From positions 1-64,000 of the forward strand of contig JAVJWO010000040.1 in the NCBI GenBank assembly GCA_040222015.1: a DNA stretch of 64,000 nt. The letters run 5' to 3'. Position 1 is the first letter of the stretch, and each line of letters begins with the position of its first letter. Position numbers and translations under genes: made by a program. This document shows positions 21,830 through 32,476 of this stretch, in pieces. The notes beneath the pieces were generated by a model, which worked only from the letters and a program-made list of their open reading frames with translations, made no database searches and was not told the origin of the DNA. This DNA comes from Coleofasciculus chthonoplastes F2-STO-03 (GTDB lineage: Bacteria > Cyanobacteriota > Cyanobacteriia > Cyanobacteriales > Coleofasciculaceae).

Positions 21830-21985
21830 ATCCCCCTAAATCCCCCCTGCAACAAAAGCTCTCGCATCCTCTCTCCTCCCCCCTGCAACAAAAGTGAAAC
21901 ATCCTCTGTCCTCCCCCATGCAACAAAAGTGAAACATCCTCTCTCCTCCCCCCTCTTGTAGGGGGGAACGAGGGGGGTAGGGGGA
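21830..21985. repeat. C/G-rich tandem plus hairpin repeat element (similar to 53980-54140)
   Basis: Three cctccccc..gcaacaaaag units and a ccccctcttgtagggggg hairpin. Confidence 0.7.
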
Positions 21986-22100
21986 CTTTAACGGTAGCAG
22001 GGTGTGTTAATACAGCCGTTACCGCTGTAAGCGATCAGTTGGCAGATCAGCAAAGATGCTGTTAAATTTATTATTTCCCCGACCGTGACCGCTAAAACCG

Positions 22101-22925
22101 TTGTTTATGATAGTTTCAACGATGCTAACCAAGAACTCGAACAGTCTAGAAGAAACTCAAGGGATTGGCGTCCTAGAGAAGATTACATTAGCTGTGAAAA
22201 AATGGGCAAATACCCTTCCCTCAGATCAGCGAAAGCATATTATGTCCCTTTGTTATTTAATGTGTGCGACTTCACCAGAAATACAAGCTGAATTGACGGG
22301 TTTTTTAGATGATTATGTAGCTGATAGTTTGGTGGAGGAGATTTTGCAAGATCGAATCCGCCTTCAGCTAGTCACCAAGTATTTGCGAAAATTCTGTATT
22401 GAAAAAGAACTCAATCCTTTGGTGTTAAACAGCTATATCGAACAATTTTGTATTCATTCAGCACAAACGTTACAAAAAGAACCCGAACTCTATTTAGAGT
22501 TTGTGCTGCGACTGATTCACAGTCCAGAAGAACGTCATAATCTTTTCAATTATATTTTGGGCTGTGAAGTGATCAAAATGATATTTCAGATGAGCTGGCT
22601 ACAACACGAGCGATTGTATCAGCTTCAGAAAAATCAAGAAAGTTTTATCCGGAGTTATATTAAGCCTATCCAATATTCTCATCGAATTAATGGAATTGTT
22701 GTACCAAAAAATGAAAAGGTATTTTTTGCTAAGCGCGATTACTATATCAAGCAGCCCAATATTTATGAAAAGAAACTTATTGAATTAGTTTCATCTACTT
22801 TTACCCATCAAATAATCCTAAATTTAGGATTTTCAATAAGCTGTAATCTAGATTTTTTGACGTTTGACTATGACTATATCTATAGTAATGAGGAACCTGA
22901 GTGTATATTTTATGCCACTGTTTAA
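22101..22925 (+). CDS. Conserved cyanobacterial hypothetical protein, paralog 2
   Basis: Tandem paralog of 20949..21752. Confidence 0.8.
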   Translation: MFMIVSTMLTKNSNSLEETQGIGVLEKITLAVKKWANTLPSDQRKHIMSLCYLMCATSPEIQAELTGFLDDYVADSLVEEILQDRIRLQLVTKYLRKFCIEKELNPLVLNSYIEQFCIHSAQTLQKEPELYLEFVLRLIHSPEERHNLFNYILGCEVIKMIFQMSWLQHERLYQLQKNQESFIRSYIKPIQYSHRINGIVVPKNEKVFFAKRDYYIKQPNIYEKKLIELVSSTFTHQIILNLGFSISCNLDFLTFDYDYIYSNEEPECIFYATV

Positions 22926-23395
22926 CGGTTTATGACTGCCAAAAATCCTTTGATGACCAGCAAGCCAAGAGTAGCGATAATGATTACGGCTATAAGTAAC
23001 CCTAGCAAAAGCAAGACCAGAAAAAACCAATCCGTCTGTTTTTCAGGTTGAGGACTATCCCAATACGTTTCCAGCAGTTCGATATTTTTAGCATTTGCTT
23101 TCCAGGTTGCATCAGCAATATCGCCCACGATGGGTACAGAACCAATGACTGTATCCAAAAGAATATTAATAACCATTTGTCCTAATAGCGATCGCGGGAT
23201 ACCGATCCGTGCTGCTTCGAGTACGATATAGGTAGAGAACGCTGTTCCTAAAAAATCACCTGCCCCCGGTAACAAACCTAACACAGGATCTAGACCGAAA
23301 CGCCATGGTGTTCCCGGAATGGGAATGGCATTGTCGAGCAAATGGCTCAACCGACGCAGACGCTTGAGAGTAGACGTTTTGGAATTATGGGTCAT
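22922..23395 (-). CDS. DUF4112 membrane protein
   Basis: LLDNAIPIPGT.WRFGLDPVLGLLPGAGD and VPIVGD. Confidence 0.88.
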   Translation of the reverse strand: MTHNSKTSTLKRLRRLSHLLDNAIPIPGTPWRFGLDPVLGLLPGAGDFLGTAFSTYIVLEAARIGIPRSLLGQMVINILLDTVIGSVPIVGDIADATWKANAKNIELLETYWDSPQPEKQTDWFFLVLLLLGLLIAVIIIATLGLLVIKGFLAVINR

Positions 23396-24330
23396 TGGAT
23401 TTTGGATTCGGATATCTCAGATATTGCTTTTAACTCAGGTTTCTCAATTGATAGCTCTTTAGCCGCTTGCATTGCCTCTCCTACTGTAAGATTAAGTTGA
23501 TCTCCTAATAAAAGTACCAGAGATGTCATGTATAACCAAAGCTGTAAAACAATCACTGCCCCCAAAGCGCCATAAATTTTGTGATAATTGCTGAAATTCG
23601 ACGCCACGTAATTCCGAAACACACCAGATACAATCGCCCATAATACGGCAGCTAAAACGGCTCCAGGTATAATCGGGTTTCCCTGACGCCAGTGGCTGAT
23701 GCCAAAGCGGTAGATAATTGCAAAGACGATGGCAACTAAGCTTAAGGCAATGAGCCAACTTAAAAGCCGTAAGAGGGTCAACAAGATGACAACAATACTT
23801 TTATATTCCACCAAGTTGACCGCCCAGTTACTAATAAACAAGATAAATGAGGCGATGAATAGGAGTAAAACACTGCCTAGAGTCAAACCCATAGCAATTA
23901 ACTTAGCTTTCCAAAAAGGTCGAGTTTTTTCTGAGGAAATTTGATTAATTTGGTCAAGGGCATTCATCGCCGCATTCAGCGCCCCAGATGACACCCAAAT
24001 TGCCATAATGAAGCTTAAGGAAAATAAACCCCGATTGTCTGTGAGGTTAATTCCCTCGGCAAAATTACGCATCAGTTCCATCGCCTGCTCTGGCGCTACT
24101 TCACCGAGTTGATCGGCTGGATTCGTCCAAGGGAAAAATTGTTTGAATAACTCAATCACGGTGAAAATCACCAAAATTGCGGGAAACAGGGCTAACATGG
24201 CGTTATATGCCATCTGAGAAGACAAACTCAAGAGCCGATGTTTTAAGGCACGACTGACGGTGATTCTCAGGGTTGCCAGATTCAGATACCGAAAAAAATG
24301 TAAGAAACGGAGTAGACGGGGACGTAGCAT
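23392..24330 (-). CDS. YihY/virulence factor BrkB-family membrane protein
   Basis: AYNAMLALFP and YGALGAVIVLQLWLY; multiple TM helices. Confidence 0.9.
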   Translation of the reverse strand: MLRPRLLRFLHFFRYLNLATLRITVSRALKHRLLSLSSQMAYNAMLALFPAILVIFTVIELFKQFFPWTNPADQLGEVAPEQAMELMRNFAEGINLTDNRGLFSLSFIMAIWVSSGALNAAMNALDQINQISSEKTRPFWKAKLIAMGLTLGSVLLLFIASFILFISNWAVNLVEYKSIVVILLTLLRLLSWLIALSLVAIVFAIIYRFGISHWRQGNPIIPGAVLAAVLWAIVSGVFRNYVASNFSNYHKIYGALGAVIVLQLWLYMTSLVLLLGDQLNLTVGEAMQAAKELSIEKPELKAISEISESKIQ

Positions 24331-24465
24331 AAAGAATGGGTGGGCTAGCAGTATCGTTCACCCTTACTGTGCCAAATTTTTAGACCCTTAAATATAAACA
24401 GGAGTCAGTCTAGGGATCTACACAACTCCCTATTTGTCCAGAAACCCCTACAGGAGCAGTCTGCG

Positions 24466-24921
24466 ATGAGCAACGATGTCAGACAATGGTTAGCCGAAAT
24501 CAAGGAACTGAAACAGCAACTCGCCGATAGTATTCGCGATCGCGATGCTGCCAATGAATCTGCGGCTAACTGGCGTCGCCTCTACAATACTGAAGCCCAG
24601 CAACGCCGCACTGAAGCCCGACTCGCCCAACAACAGCTCGACGCCCTCACACTTGAAGTTCAGCAACTGCAACAGGAGAAGGCTCAATTAAAAGCTCAAG
24701 ATCCCGACGCCACCTCTGCTATTGAACAGGAGGTGGCAAAACTGCAAACCCTAGAACAGTTGCAACAAAAACTGATCGAGGTGATGATGGAGCGCGATCG
24801 CCTCATCAATGCCTTAAAAATTGAGCAAGCCAATCACGCCCAAACCCGCAACAGCTTAACCGCTGTCATTGGCGATACAATTGACCAGTTGACCAAGCAA
24901 CGTGGCACGGCAGAAAAATGA
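24466..24921 (+). CDS. Conserved coiled-coil hypothetical protein
   Basis: Heptad-rich; SAANWRRLYNTEAQQRR. Confidence 0.75.
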   Translation: MSNDVRQWLAEIKELKQQLADSIRDRDAANESAANWRRLYNTEAQQRRTEARLAQQQLDALTLEVQQLQQEKAQLKAQDPDATSAIEQEVAKLQTLEQLQQKLIEVMMERDRLINALKIEQANHAQTRNSLTAVIGDTIDQLTKQRGTAEK

Positions 24922-25212
24922 GGGATTCATCATTCAGAATTCTCGGCTGATTTATGAAAAAGGTAACAATTTTGTAATCAGATCCCCCCCTCCAGGCAGA
25001 GGCATGATCAATTCTCTGGATAGAATAGCGAAAAATATCGAGAGCATCCCTCTCATCCTTAAGGAGTATTTTTCACCGGAACTTGCTTCTGTGAAGAAAC
25101 CTTGAATTTATAGTATAGCTCTTTGGTATAATTTACATTTCGGCTCATTTAATGAGATAATAGAATCGTGAGGTAAAGAACGGAAAAAAACTTGAAAATA
25201 AAGGGGGAACTT

Positions 25213-25674
25213 ATGCAACATAAGATTCTAGCAATGATAACCTTACTCACTCCCCTAGTGTTCGCTAGCTCCGTCAAAGCTGAAAATCCACTTCATGTGC
25301 AACAGTTATTATCCACTGGAGCCTGTGCAAACTGCGATCTATCGGGAGCTAATCTCAAAGGTGCCCATCTGATTGGCGCTGACTTGAGAGAGGCAAATCT
25401 GCAAGGTGCCAACCTGAGCCACGCGAACCTTGAAGGTGCTGATCTACGCGAGGCAAATTTGGCAGGGGCGAATTTGACAGGCGCGTTTGTCACCAACGCG
25501 GATATGAAAGAAGCGAATTTAAACCGGGTTGATTTTACAGAAGCCACGATTTACGATGCCAACGTCTATGGCGCATCAATGCAGGATATGACCATCAGTA
25601 ATGCTGACATATTCTACACAGGCATCGGTGTAGGGGGTGAAGGAGCAGAAGACGTCGTTCCAGATTGGTATTAG
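25213..25674 (+). CDS. Secreted pentapeptide-repeat protein
   Basis: Signal peptide, CxxC and A(D/N)LxxA repeats; ATG at 25213 follows AAGGGG. Confidence 0.9.
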   Translation: MQHKILAMITLLTPLVFASSVKAENPLHVQQLLSTGACANCDLSGANLKGAHLIGADLREANLQGANLSHANLEGADLREANLAGANLTGAFVTNADMKEANLNRVDFTEATIYDANVYGASMQDMTISNADIFYTGIGVGGEGAEDVVPDWY

Positions 25675-25797
25675 TCAACTGACTCCTTTCCTGCTCTGAA
25701 ATAGCAGAGTAAGCAAAGGTAACCCCGCAATGGTTTACCTTTGCTTTCATTTTCTCCTTAGTCCGCGTAGGCGGACTTTGTTTGTGTAGCAGCGATT

Positions 25798-26805
25798 TCA
25801 ATCGCCTCCTCTTGCTAAAATCTCTCCCCCAGCTACCCGCATACCATTAGCAAAGTCCCAAGCCGACTGAGCGCGTTTACCAGCTAGCTTAACTTCGCGC
25901 AGTAGCAACAATCCTTCACCTGTTTGAATAATCAGTCCAAGTCCCTTAATAATACTCACCACTTCTCCGGGACGCCCAGAGGCTTCTCGTACAGACAACC
26001 ATTGTTGCTCCGGAATCTTTAAATCTGTAGGTAACTGGGGAAAGTAAGCCTCTCCCAGAGGAGCAGTTGCCAGGATTTTCAGGGATTGATCCCGAAATGA
26101 GGCGACACAATTCGGTATAAATCCTCTGATCTGATTGTGTATTTCTATGGCAGATCGTGACCAATCGACAGCATAATCTGACTTTTGAATCAGGGGCGCA
26201 TACGTCGCTTGGGAATTATTCTGGGCGATGGGTTGAACATCCCCTTGGTTGAGCTTCAGCAGCGTTTCGATTAACAAATCCGCCCCCAAATCCGACAGTT
26301 TTACAGCTAACTGATGGGCATCGTCTAATAGCCCAATGGGTGTGTGAGCCTTCAGTAACATGGGTCCCGTGTCCATCCCAGCATCCATAAGCATCGTAGT
26401 AATGCCAGTTTCTGTTTCGCCCTGATACAAACACCACTGGATGGGGGCGGCTCCCCGGTATTTCGGCAACAGTGAACCATGGACATTCACACAGCCGAGT
26501 CTGGGCATATCGAGAATTTCTTGAGACAGAATCTGTCCATAAGCAACAACGACAAATACATCTGCCTCAGCTTGTTTGAGTTGGCTCAGGGTTTCTGCAT
26601 GCTTTTTCACCCGTTTGGGTTGCCAGACTTGCAGTTGATGAGTTAGCGCCAAGGTTTTTATGGGTGAAGGAGATAGTTTATTTCCCCGCCCTCGACGTTT
26701 ATCGGGTTGAGTTACCACACCCAGGACATTAAATTCTGAATGGTTGATTAAGCGTTCTAAAGTAGGTACAGCGAATTTAGGCGTACCGAATAAAATAACC
26801 TTCAT
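25798..26805 (-). CDS. fmt: Methionyl-tRNA formyltransferase
   Basis: [30 protein letters not shown] and MDAGMDTG. Confidence 0.97.
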   Translation of the reverse strand: MKVILFGTPKFAVPTLERLINHSEFNVLGVVTQPDKRRGRGNKLSPSPIKTLALTHQLQVWQPKRVKKHAETLSQLKQAEADVFVVVAYGQILSQEILDMPRLGCVNVHGSLLPKYRGAAPIQWCLYQGETETGITTMLMDAGMDTGPMLLKAHTPIGLLDDAHQLAVKLSDLGADLLIETLLKLNQGDVQPIAQNNSQATYAPLIQKSDYAVDWSRSAIEIHNQIRGFIPNCVASFRDQSLKILATAPLGEAYFPQLPTDLKIPEQQWLSVREASGRPGEVVSIIKGLGLIIQTGEGLLLLREVKLAGKRAQSAWDFANGMRVAGGEILARGGD

Positions 26806-26877
26806 CTTATACTTTCAGTCAAAAATAAACACTAAACTCTAACTAAACTATTGTTCAACAAATGACATAAGACAATT

Positions 26878-27759
26878 TTACTCGACAGCAATTTCAATTC
26901 GGCGATTGCGTTGCTGATTCGCATCGGTATCATTTGCCACAAGGGGACGAGTTTCACCATAACCGACAACTAACCAGCGGTAGTCATCCCCAAAAGCGCG
27001 AGCGAAATACTGCTCCACAGCTTTGGCACGACGAAATGACAATTCGCGATTATCCTCAGGTTCACCCTGGCTATCTGTATGAGCGGCGATGCGGATGGTA
27101 CTTGACGGATAGTTACGTAAATCTGCAATAATTTTGTCTAAAATCAAGCCGGCTTCTGGACGCAGTAGGCTGTTGTTGCCCTCAAATAAAACATCACTCG
27201 GTAATGTCACCTTCAAGGTTTGGCTAGAACCGAATGAGTCCGATGAAGCTGCTATTACAGTAGCATTCGGATTATTCCCATTGGATGTTGCCTCTTCAGG
27301 GGGAGGTTGAACGCCTTCTAGTTGCAGCGCGATCGCTTGCAATCTGGCTTCTAAGGATTCATTGGGGCGACTACTGCCCAGTTGGGCTTCTAAGGTGGCA
27401 ACTCCCTCACTCAATGATCGCAGTTGACCTTGCAGTTGCGTAAGCTGGGCTTGCACCTGTTGTCTCTGTACAGGAGTAAGTTGAGGTGGCGAACCTGTCG
27501 GTTCTGGTATCGATGTTGGGGTAGTATGGGGAGAAACGACTGGCATCTGCCCTTCAAAATGGCTTACCATTTTGAGGAAAAAGGGTTTTTCTGGGTTGGT
27601 TCTGGGATAGAACGTGGCAAGGACAATGCCCAAAATTAGGGCTACGCCGCCACTGACGCCCAATAATAGCACTCGGAATATAAAAACGAGAAACCAAGGG
27701 CGTTGAGACCTCAAAGAGGCAGAAGTCGTTTTATCTGCTGAATGAGCGGATTGAATCAC
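26878..27759 (-). CDS. OmpA/MotB peptidoglycan-binding membrane protein
   Basis: LPSDVLF, AHTD, NRELSFRRA, GYGETRP and NRRIEI. Confidence 0.9.
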   Translation of the reverse strand: MIQSAHSADKTTSASLRSQRPWFLVFIFRVLLLGVSGGVALILGIVLATFYPRTNPEKPFFLKMVSHFEGQMPVVSPHTTPTSIPEPTGSPPQLTPVQRQQVQAQLTQLQGQLRSLSEGVATLEAQLGSSRPNESLEARLQAIALQLEGVQPPPEEATSNGNNPNATVIAASSDSFGSSQTLKVTLPSDVLFEGNNSLLRPEAGLILDKIIADLRNYPSSTIRIAAHTDSQGEPEDNRELSFRRAKAVEQYFARAFGDDYRWLVVGYGETRPLVANDTDANQQRNRRIEIAVE

Positions 27760-27869
27760 CGATTTTCCTGAATTTTATTCAGACCCTAGAAGAATAACAC
27801 CAATACACCCATTAATTCGATCATGCCACCTCTAACTAGACAACGGGGAGATGAGGGAGATGAGGGAGA

Positions 27870-28050
27870 CGTGTCAAGAGAGGATTATTTAAGTCAAGTA
27901 ATGGACGTGTAATTAATGCGGACATCAACGGAAGTATCCAAATTATCCGCAAGTATCTTCCAGAGGCGTTTACCGCCCTTGGTAGTAGTGAGCTGTGCCG
28001 TGCAGCCAATACGGGTCAATCCAGTTTGAAAGACTGAACCCATAAGTTTC
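27870..28050 (+). mobile_element. tnpB: IS200/IS605 tnpB 3' remnant
   Basis: Translates RVKRGLFKSSNGRVINADINGSIQIIRK (RuvC-III NAD motif); no 5' part. Confidence 0.75.
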
Positions 28051-28169
28051 TATAAGTTCAGTCTACACGGTTCCTTAGCTTGATATACATAGACTAAAGA
28101 ACACTGCCATAGTTCCCAAAACGTTGCTCCTCACACAAGACGCACCGTTTAGCAACCTCACCTATATCG

Positions 28170-29072
28170 ATGTTCAAAATAATAGTCCGCTTATTCAGAT
28201 GGTTTTATTCACAACCATACCTCTTACTGTTCGCTCCTTGGCTACTGATGACCTATAACGTATCTGCCCAAGCTCAACAGGTTCATACCCCTGAACCCGC
28301 CCATTTCCCTATAGAAACCGACCCCCCATCGGTGTCTTCTGCTCCAGCGAATCTCGACGTGACTGAAGAAACTGCTCCCGATATGATTGAGACCGTAGAG
28401 CAGATTGATCCTCTCGATAGTCCTCATCCCATCCCTTGGAATTGGGTGTTGACGACCCAAGCGGAACTAGCGGCGAGTGACACCTTTGGTTTACGCTACT
28501 ACCGCAGCCAATCATTGATTTCTCCAGACGGTCAATACGCCGCCTATAGCCGCATTTCCATGCAAGGGCAACCTGAATTCTATCGCAGCCGGGTTACCAG
28601 TGTGATGTTCCTAGAAGATTTGCAGACCGGAGATTTGCAAACGCTTACGGCGTCATCTCCCTTATCTGATAATCCTTTAGTCAGTAATGAAGATGCTGAT
28701 ATGCCAGGAACATTCGCTATTTTGATCCCCGTGTCTTGGTCTCCGTCTAGCGATCGCCTTTTAGCACGACAGTTTGAAGGTCTGTTCAGTACATCCTTTG
28801 CTTCAGATTATGCAGTGATTTGGGATCGCCAGAAAAATCGCACGTATACCGTCGCCCCTGAGCCAATTGACTATACCCATGCTGTGTTATTGGGGTGGAG
28901 TCAAACCTATCCCGATCAGGTTCTGTTTCGTGTCGGTGAACTTGGTGATGATCGTTGGCCCGTGTTGTCAGTGAATTTCCAAGGTGAAACCACCCTCGCC
29001 TTTGACGATGAACCGATTGTGTACGGTCAAGTGGTTAACCAGGTTTGGACGGGACCTCAAGCACGTTGGTAA
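28170..29072 (+). CDS. Conserved cyanobacterial secreted hypothetical protein
   Basis: Signal-like N-terminus; SPDGQYAAYSRI and LIPVSWS motifs (beta-propeller-like). Confidence 0.75.
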   Translation: MFKIIVRLFRWFYSQPYLLLFAPWLLMTYNVSAQAQQVHTPEPAHFPIETDPPSVSSAPANLDVTEETAPDMIETVEQIDPLDSPHPIPWNWVLTTQAELAASDTFGLRYYRSQSLISPDGQYAAYSRISMQGQPEFYRSRVTSVMFLEDLQTGDLQTLTASSPLSDNPLVSNEDADMPGTFAILIPVSWSPSSDRLLARQFEGLFSTSFASDYAVIWDRQKNRTYTVAPEPIDYTHAVLLGWSQTYPDQVLFRVGELGDDRWPVLSVNFQGETTLAFDDEPIVYGQVVNQVWTGPQARW

Positions 29073-29084
29073 AGAGAAAAGAAC

Positions 29085-29301
29085 GTTGATGATAATGCCT
29101 CAGTCAACATAGAACAGGCTGGGCTTCAAGTTTTTCAAGAAGTCGGGGCCCTAGCAGACCCACATAAACGGACGGGGAGCGCGTGTAAGACCTCATCTGG
29201 GGCAGTGCGCGGTGAGCCGTCAACCCACCGAGAGTACGTGCAGTTAACACTGTTCGACGCTTTTAGGAATCACCGTCCTTGTAGGGCGGTGAGGATGTCA
29301 A
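29085..29301 (+). mobile_element. tnpB: IS605-type tnpB C-terminal remnant with right end (reRNA/omegaRNA region)
   Basis: VDDNASVNIEQAG...QLTLFDAF* followed by hairpin caccgtcc-ttgta-gggcggtg and gatgTCAA end. Confidence 0.75.
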
Positions 29302-29324
29302 CTGTTCCATAACCATCTGAATCC

Positions 29325-29780
29325 ATGGGTCGTATTTGGTATTTTGTCCAAACGGTATTGGGGATTATTTTCCGCCATCCAGTCCTCGGTACAAGTATTA
29401 TCCCTGTTTTACCGGATGGACAAATTGTACTGATTCGGCGTCGTGATAACGGAAAATGGGGATTACCTGGAGGGATGGTGGATTGGGGTCAAGACATTCC
29501 CACAACCGTGCGGCGGGAGTTGGCAGAAGAAACGGGACTAGAGTTGCTGGCAATTCGCCGATTGGTGGGAATCTACTCAGCCGCCGATCGCGATCCCAGA
29601 GTTCATTCGGTTTGTGTTGTCGTCGAAGCGGAGGTTCAGGGAACAATGCAGATAAACGATGTGTGGGAAATTACGGCAGTTCAAGCCTTTGAACGTTCAG
29701 CGATCCCGATGGGCAACCTGAGTCACGATCATGGGCGACAGTTGCAGGACTATTTTGACGGTAAAACCACTGTTGCCTAA
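29325..29780 (+). CDS. NUDIX hydrolase
   Basis: WGLPGG...RELAEETGL Nudix box. Confidence 0.93.
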   Translation: MGRIWYFVQTVLGIIFRHPVLGTSIIPVLPDGQIVLIRRRDNGKWGLPGGMVDWGQDIPTTVRRELAEETGLELLAIRRLVGIYSAADRDPRVHSVCVVVEAEVQGTMQINDVWEITAVQAFERSAIPMGNLSHDHGRQLQDYFDGKTTVA

Positions 29781-29947
29781 ATGTTCATGAAAAATTATTG
29801 GACGCTTCTATTCTTCAGGTATCCCGCTATCCCTCCCCAGCTTAGGACGCGGCGACTCGCTTCGCTAAGGTTGAAGCTGAGGACTCGCAGCGAATCTTAT
29901 TGAATTTCGAGTGAAAAGATGTAGACTGCTACTTTAAATATTGAGTT

Positions 29948-30781
29948 TTGAAACACCCGGCAACTAGGATGAATTTAACCTTACGGAATTCCCGAATTAA
30001 GCTACCTTTGGGACAAGTTTTTTGGCGCGAAGTGGGACAAGGACCCACTCTTATATTTTTACACGGGTCTTGGAGCGATAGTAGTCAGTGGCTACCCCTA
30101 ATTGAGTACCTCCATCAAGATTATCATTGCTTTGCCCTTGACTTATTAGGATTTGGTGACTCCCAAACGCCGCAACTGCACTACTCAATTCAGGTTGAGG
30201 TTGAGTGTTTGTTCCACTTTATCGAGGCGTTACACCTTCCCGAAGTTTACCTGGTTGGTCATTCCTTAGGCGCTTGGATTGCTGCTAGTTATACGTTGCA
30301 TCACCCGGAACAGGTTCAGGGATTAGTGTTATTAGCGCCTGAAGGCATTCGAGACGATGGAGACTGGAAAACTTGGCAGTGGCGGAAGTGGTTAGTCGGG
30401 CGTCCTCCCCTTGCCTATACTATCCTGCGATCGCTCTTACCTCTAGCGCGGCTTTTTGGGCGTCACAAAGATATTGAGAGAGCGTTAAAACAGCGACAAC
30501 AATTGCTGCAATCCCCAACAGCTTGTCAATTGTTGTTCCGACGACGGCGGGTGGAAATTCAAGGGGAATTATTACACGAACATCTACCCAAGTTAGACAT
30601 CCCTACGCTGATTCTTCAAGGAAAACAAGACTCACTTGAAGTGATTGATCACGCTCAAGCGTATGCCAACCATAGCCCTAATACTAAATTACAGATGATT
30701 GACCAAGCCGGAAACGACATAGCGGAAACCGTACCGGGAATTGTCGCTCAGCATATTGATTATTTTGTTAAATATCAGTAG
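29948..30781 (+). CDS. Alpha/beta hydrolase
   Basis: FLHG, DLLGFGDS and GHSLG nucleophile elbow. Confidence 0.9.
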   Translation: MKHPATRMNLTLRNSRIKLPLGQVFWREVGQGPTLIFLHGSWSDSSQWLPLIEYLHQDYHCFALDLLGFGDSQTPQLHYSIQVEVECLFHFIEALHLPEVYLVGHSLGAWIAASYTLHHPEQVQGLVLLAPEGIRDDGDWKTWQWRKWLVGRPPLAYTILRSLLPLARLFGRHKDIERALKQRQQLLQSPTACQLLFRRRRVEIQGELLHEHLPKLDIPTLILQGKQDSLEVIDHAQAYANHSPNTKLQMIDQAGNDIAETVPGIVAQHIDYFVKYQ

Positions 30782-30872
30782 AAGGGTAGGAGAGTAGGAA
30801 GTTAATGCTCCCTTCCCCCTAACTATGGGTATGATAGACGCACTTGCCCAGCCGGACATGGTATCATTCATC

Positions 30873-30989
30873 ATACCAAATCCGGGTTAGCTACCCCCGC
30901 TATAACCCAGTCCGCGCAGGCGGACTTTGCTTGTGTAGCAGCGATTTCAATCGCCATGACAAAAAAGGTTTTTCAAGCGGATTTGGTAT
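30873..30989. mobile_element. MITE with 12-bp TIR and 8-bp TSD, carrying the 47-bp repeat
   Basis: ataccaaatccg ... cggatttggtat, flanked by cattcatc on both sides. Confidence 0.75.
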
Positions 30990-31007
30990 CATTCATCATT
31001 TCATACA

Positions 31008-31586
31008 ATGTCAATTGCTCCTTGGCGAGTTCCCCTATCTCGCGCCCTTCATCGCAACCGCAGCTTACCCTATGCTCGCTACTTTCAACTAGCAACTGTT
31101 TGTCCAGATGGGTATCCGGCTAATCGCACCGTTGTTTTTCGGGGTTTTTTCGATAACCACTTAAAAATTATTACCGATGCTCGCAGTCATAAAGTTAATC
31201 AAATTTATCATAATTCTGGGGCAGAAATTTGCTGGTATTTTCCCAATACTCGCGAACAATTTCGATTAAGAGGTCAGCTTATTCTGATCGGAGAAGATTA
31301 TCCCGAATTGACCTTAAAAAATGAGCGTCAAACAACCTGGCAAAGGCTTTCTGATGCAGCGCGTGTGCAATTTGCTTGGTCGAATCCGGGTGAACCTAGA
31401 GTAGAAAGTGATCCGGCGTTTTCCCAACCGCCACCTGATCCGGAGCAACCGTTGCCCAATTTCTGCCTCCTATTGCTCGAACCGATACAGGTGGATCACC
31501 TGGAATTGCGCGGTGATCCGCAAAACCGATCGCGTTATACTCAAGAGTGCGATCGCCAATGGATCAAACAAGCAATAAATCCCTGA
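31008..31586 (+). CDS. FMN-binding pyridoxamine 5'-phosphate oxidase-like protein
   Basis: QLATV, PANRTVVFRGF, TDARS.K, EQFRLRG and VDHLEL. Confidence 0.88.
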   Translation: MSIAPWRVPLSRALHRNRSLPYARYFQLATVCPDGYPANRTVVFRGFFDNHLKIITDARSHKVNQIYHNSGAEICWYFPNTREQFRLRGQLILIGEDYPELTLKNERQTTWQRLSDAARVQFAWSNPGEPRVESDPAFSQPPPDPEQPLPNFCLLLLEPIQVDHLELRGDPQNRSRYTQECDRQWIKQAINP

Positions 31587-31629
31587 ATTTTCCTTTAGGC
31601 TAATCGTCTGAGGTTCTGGATTCAATCTG

Positions 31630-31930
31630 ATTATTCCTTAGCCTCAAACGTGACTTTATCATAGACATCCTGGATAGATATGTCAAAATGAATCGAGGCT
31701 AAAGAAAAAATACTGCTTTGATCATAGTATTCTGAAAATATCCATTTATTTTCATCAGCTTTAGCATAGTGTTGGAGATGAACCTTGTATTGGTCGATGA
31801 GTAGATATTCTCGAAAACTTGGTATCGTGCGATAAGCCGAAAATTTTTGATCACAATCATAGCTGCGGGTAGTTTGAGGATGCGCCTGGTTTTCGACGTG
31901 AATCAGAAAGAATGAATCTTGTTCCCTTTG
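31630..31930 (-). pseudogene. Uma2 endonuclease C-terminal remnant fused to an Rpn/PD-(D/E)xK fragment
   Basis: Minus-strand translation FFLIHVENQA, then TRSYD..KFSAYRTIPSFREYLLIDQ... (frameshift) ...DVYDKVTF. Confidence 0.65.
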
Positions 31931-32084
31931 AGGTTACACCAAATCTTGGGTAAGCTAGCATAGCTGTGCGAAAAAAATTGTATAGACGTGTCGTTTGCTC
32001 AAAAATGGTTATGGATCAGGGAGTTGGCTGCTGTTGTGCGATCGCGCATCTACTAACTGACCTTTTGGTTATATCATAATTAAC

Positions 32085-32241
32085 CTTCGTTTTCACGGTA
32101 TGTGGCACAAAGAAAGTATGTTTTGTGTGGAAGAGTGGGAGATGGTGTAGGGGCGGGTTTCACTACTATCTTGTCGGTTGCACCCTTTCTTTCACTAAAC
32201 CCGCCCCGATGCAAGTGTCTAGGTTTCCCGTGAAAAGTCAG
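32085..32241. mobile_element. MITE (…ttttcac / gtgaaaagtcag ends) with degenerate 10-bp TSD
   Basis: Flanks cataattaac / cacaattaac; internal gtaggggcgggttt...aaacccgcccc hairpin shared with 56686-56927. Confidence 0.7.
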
Positions 32242-32476
32242 CACAATTAACCCAAGTCCTTCAATTGACTCAAGTCTGATTGGGGCATTAGGCTAGACGT
32301 AGCCGGATGCTAGAAACAGGTAGATAAGTCTAGAGATTAGTAACAGTTAGCACAGAGAGAGTAAAAACCGCGATCGCGTTTTGGTTCAACGGCATTGGTT
32401 CACTTTAAAACACGAGGATATGTTGATTAATGAGTGAGTATATTTTAGCACAAATTTAAGCCATCCAACAAGAATT

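Noticed and set aside
21830..21985. Repeated units as a CRISPR array
   Set aside because: Tandem units without unique spacers; the same motif recurs as MITE cargo near 54000.
28124..28135. gCTCCTCACAC resembling the Yfr1 sRNA motif
   Set aside because: One mismatch and no flanking hairpins or terminator.
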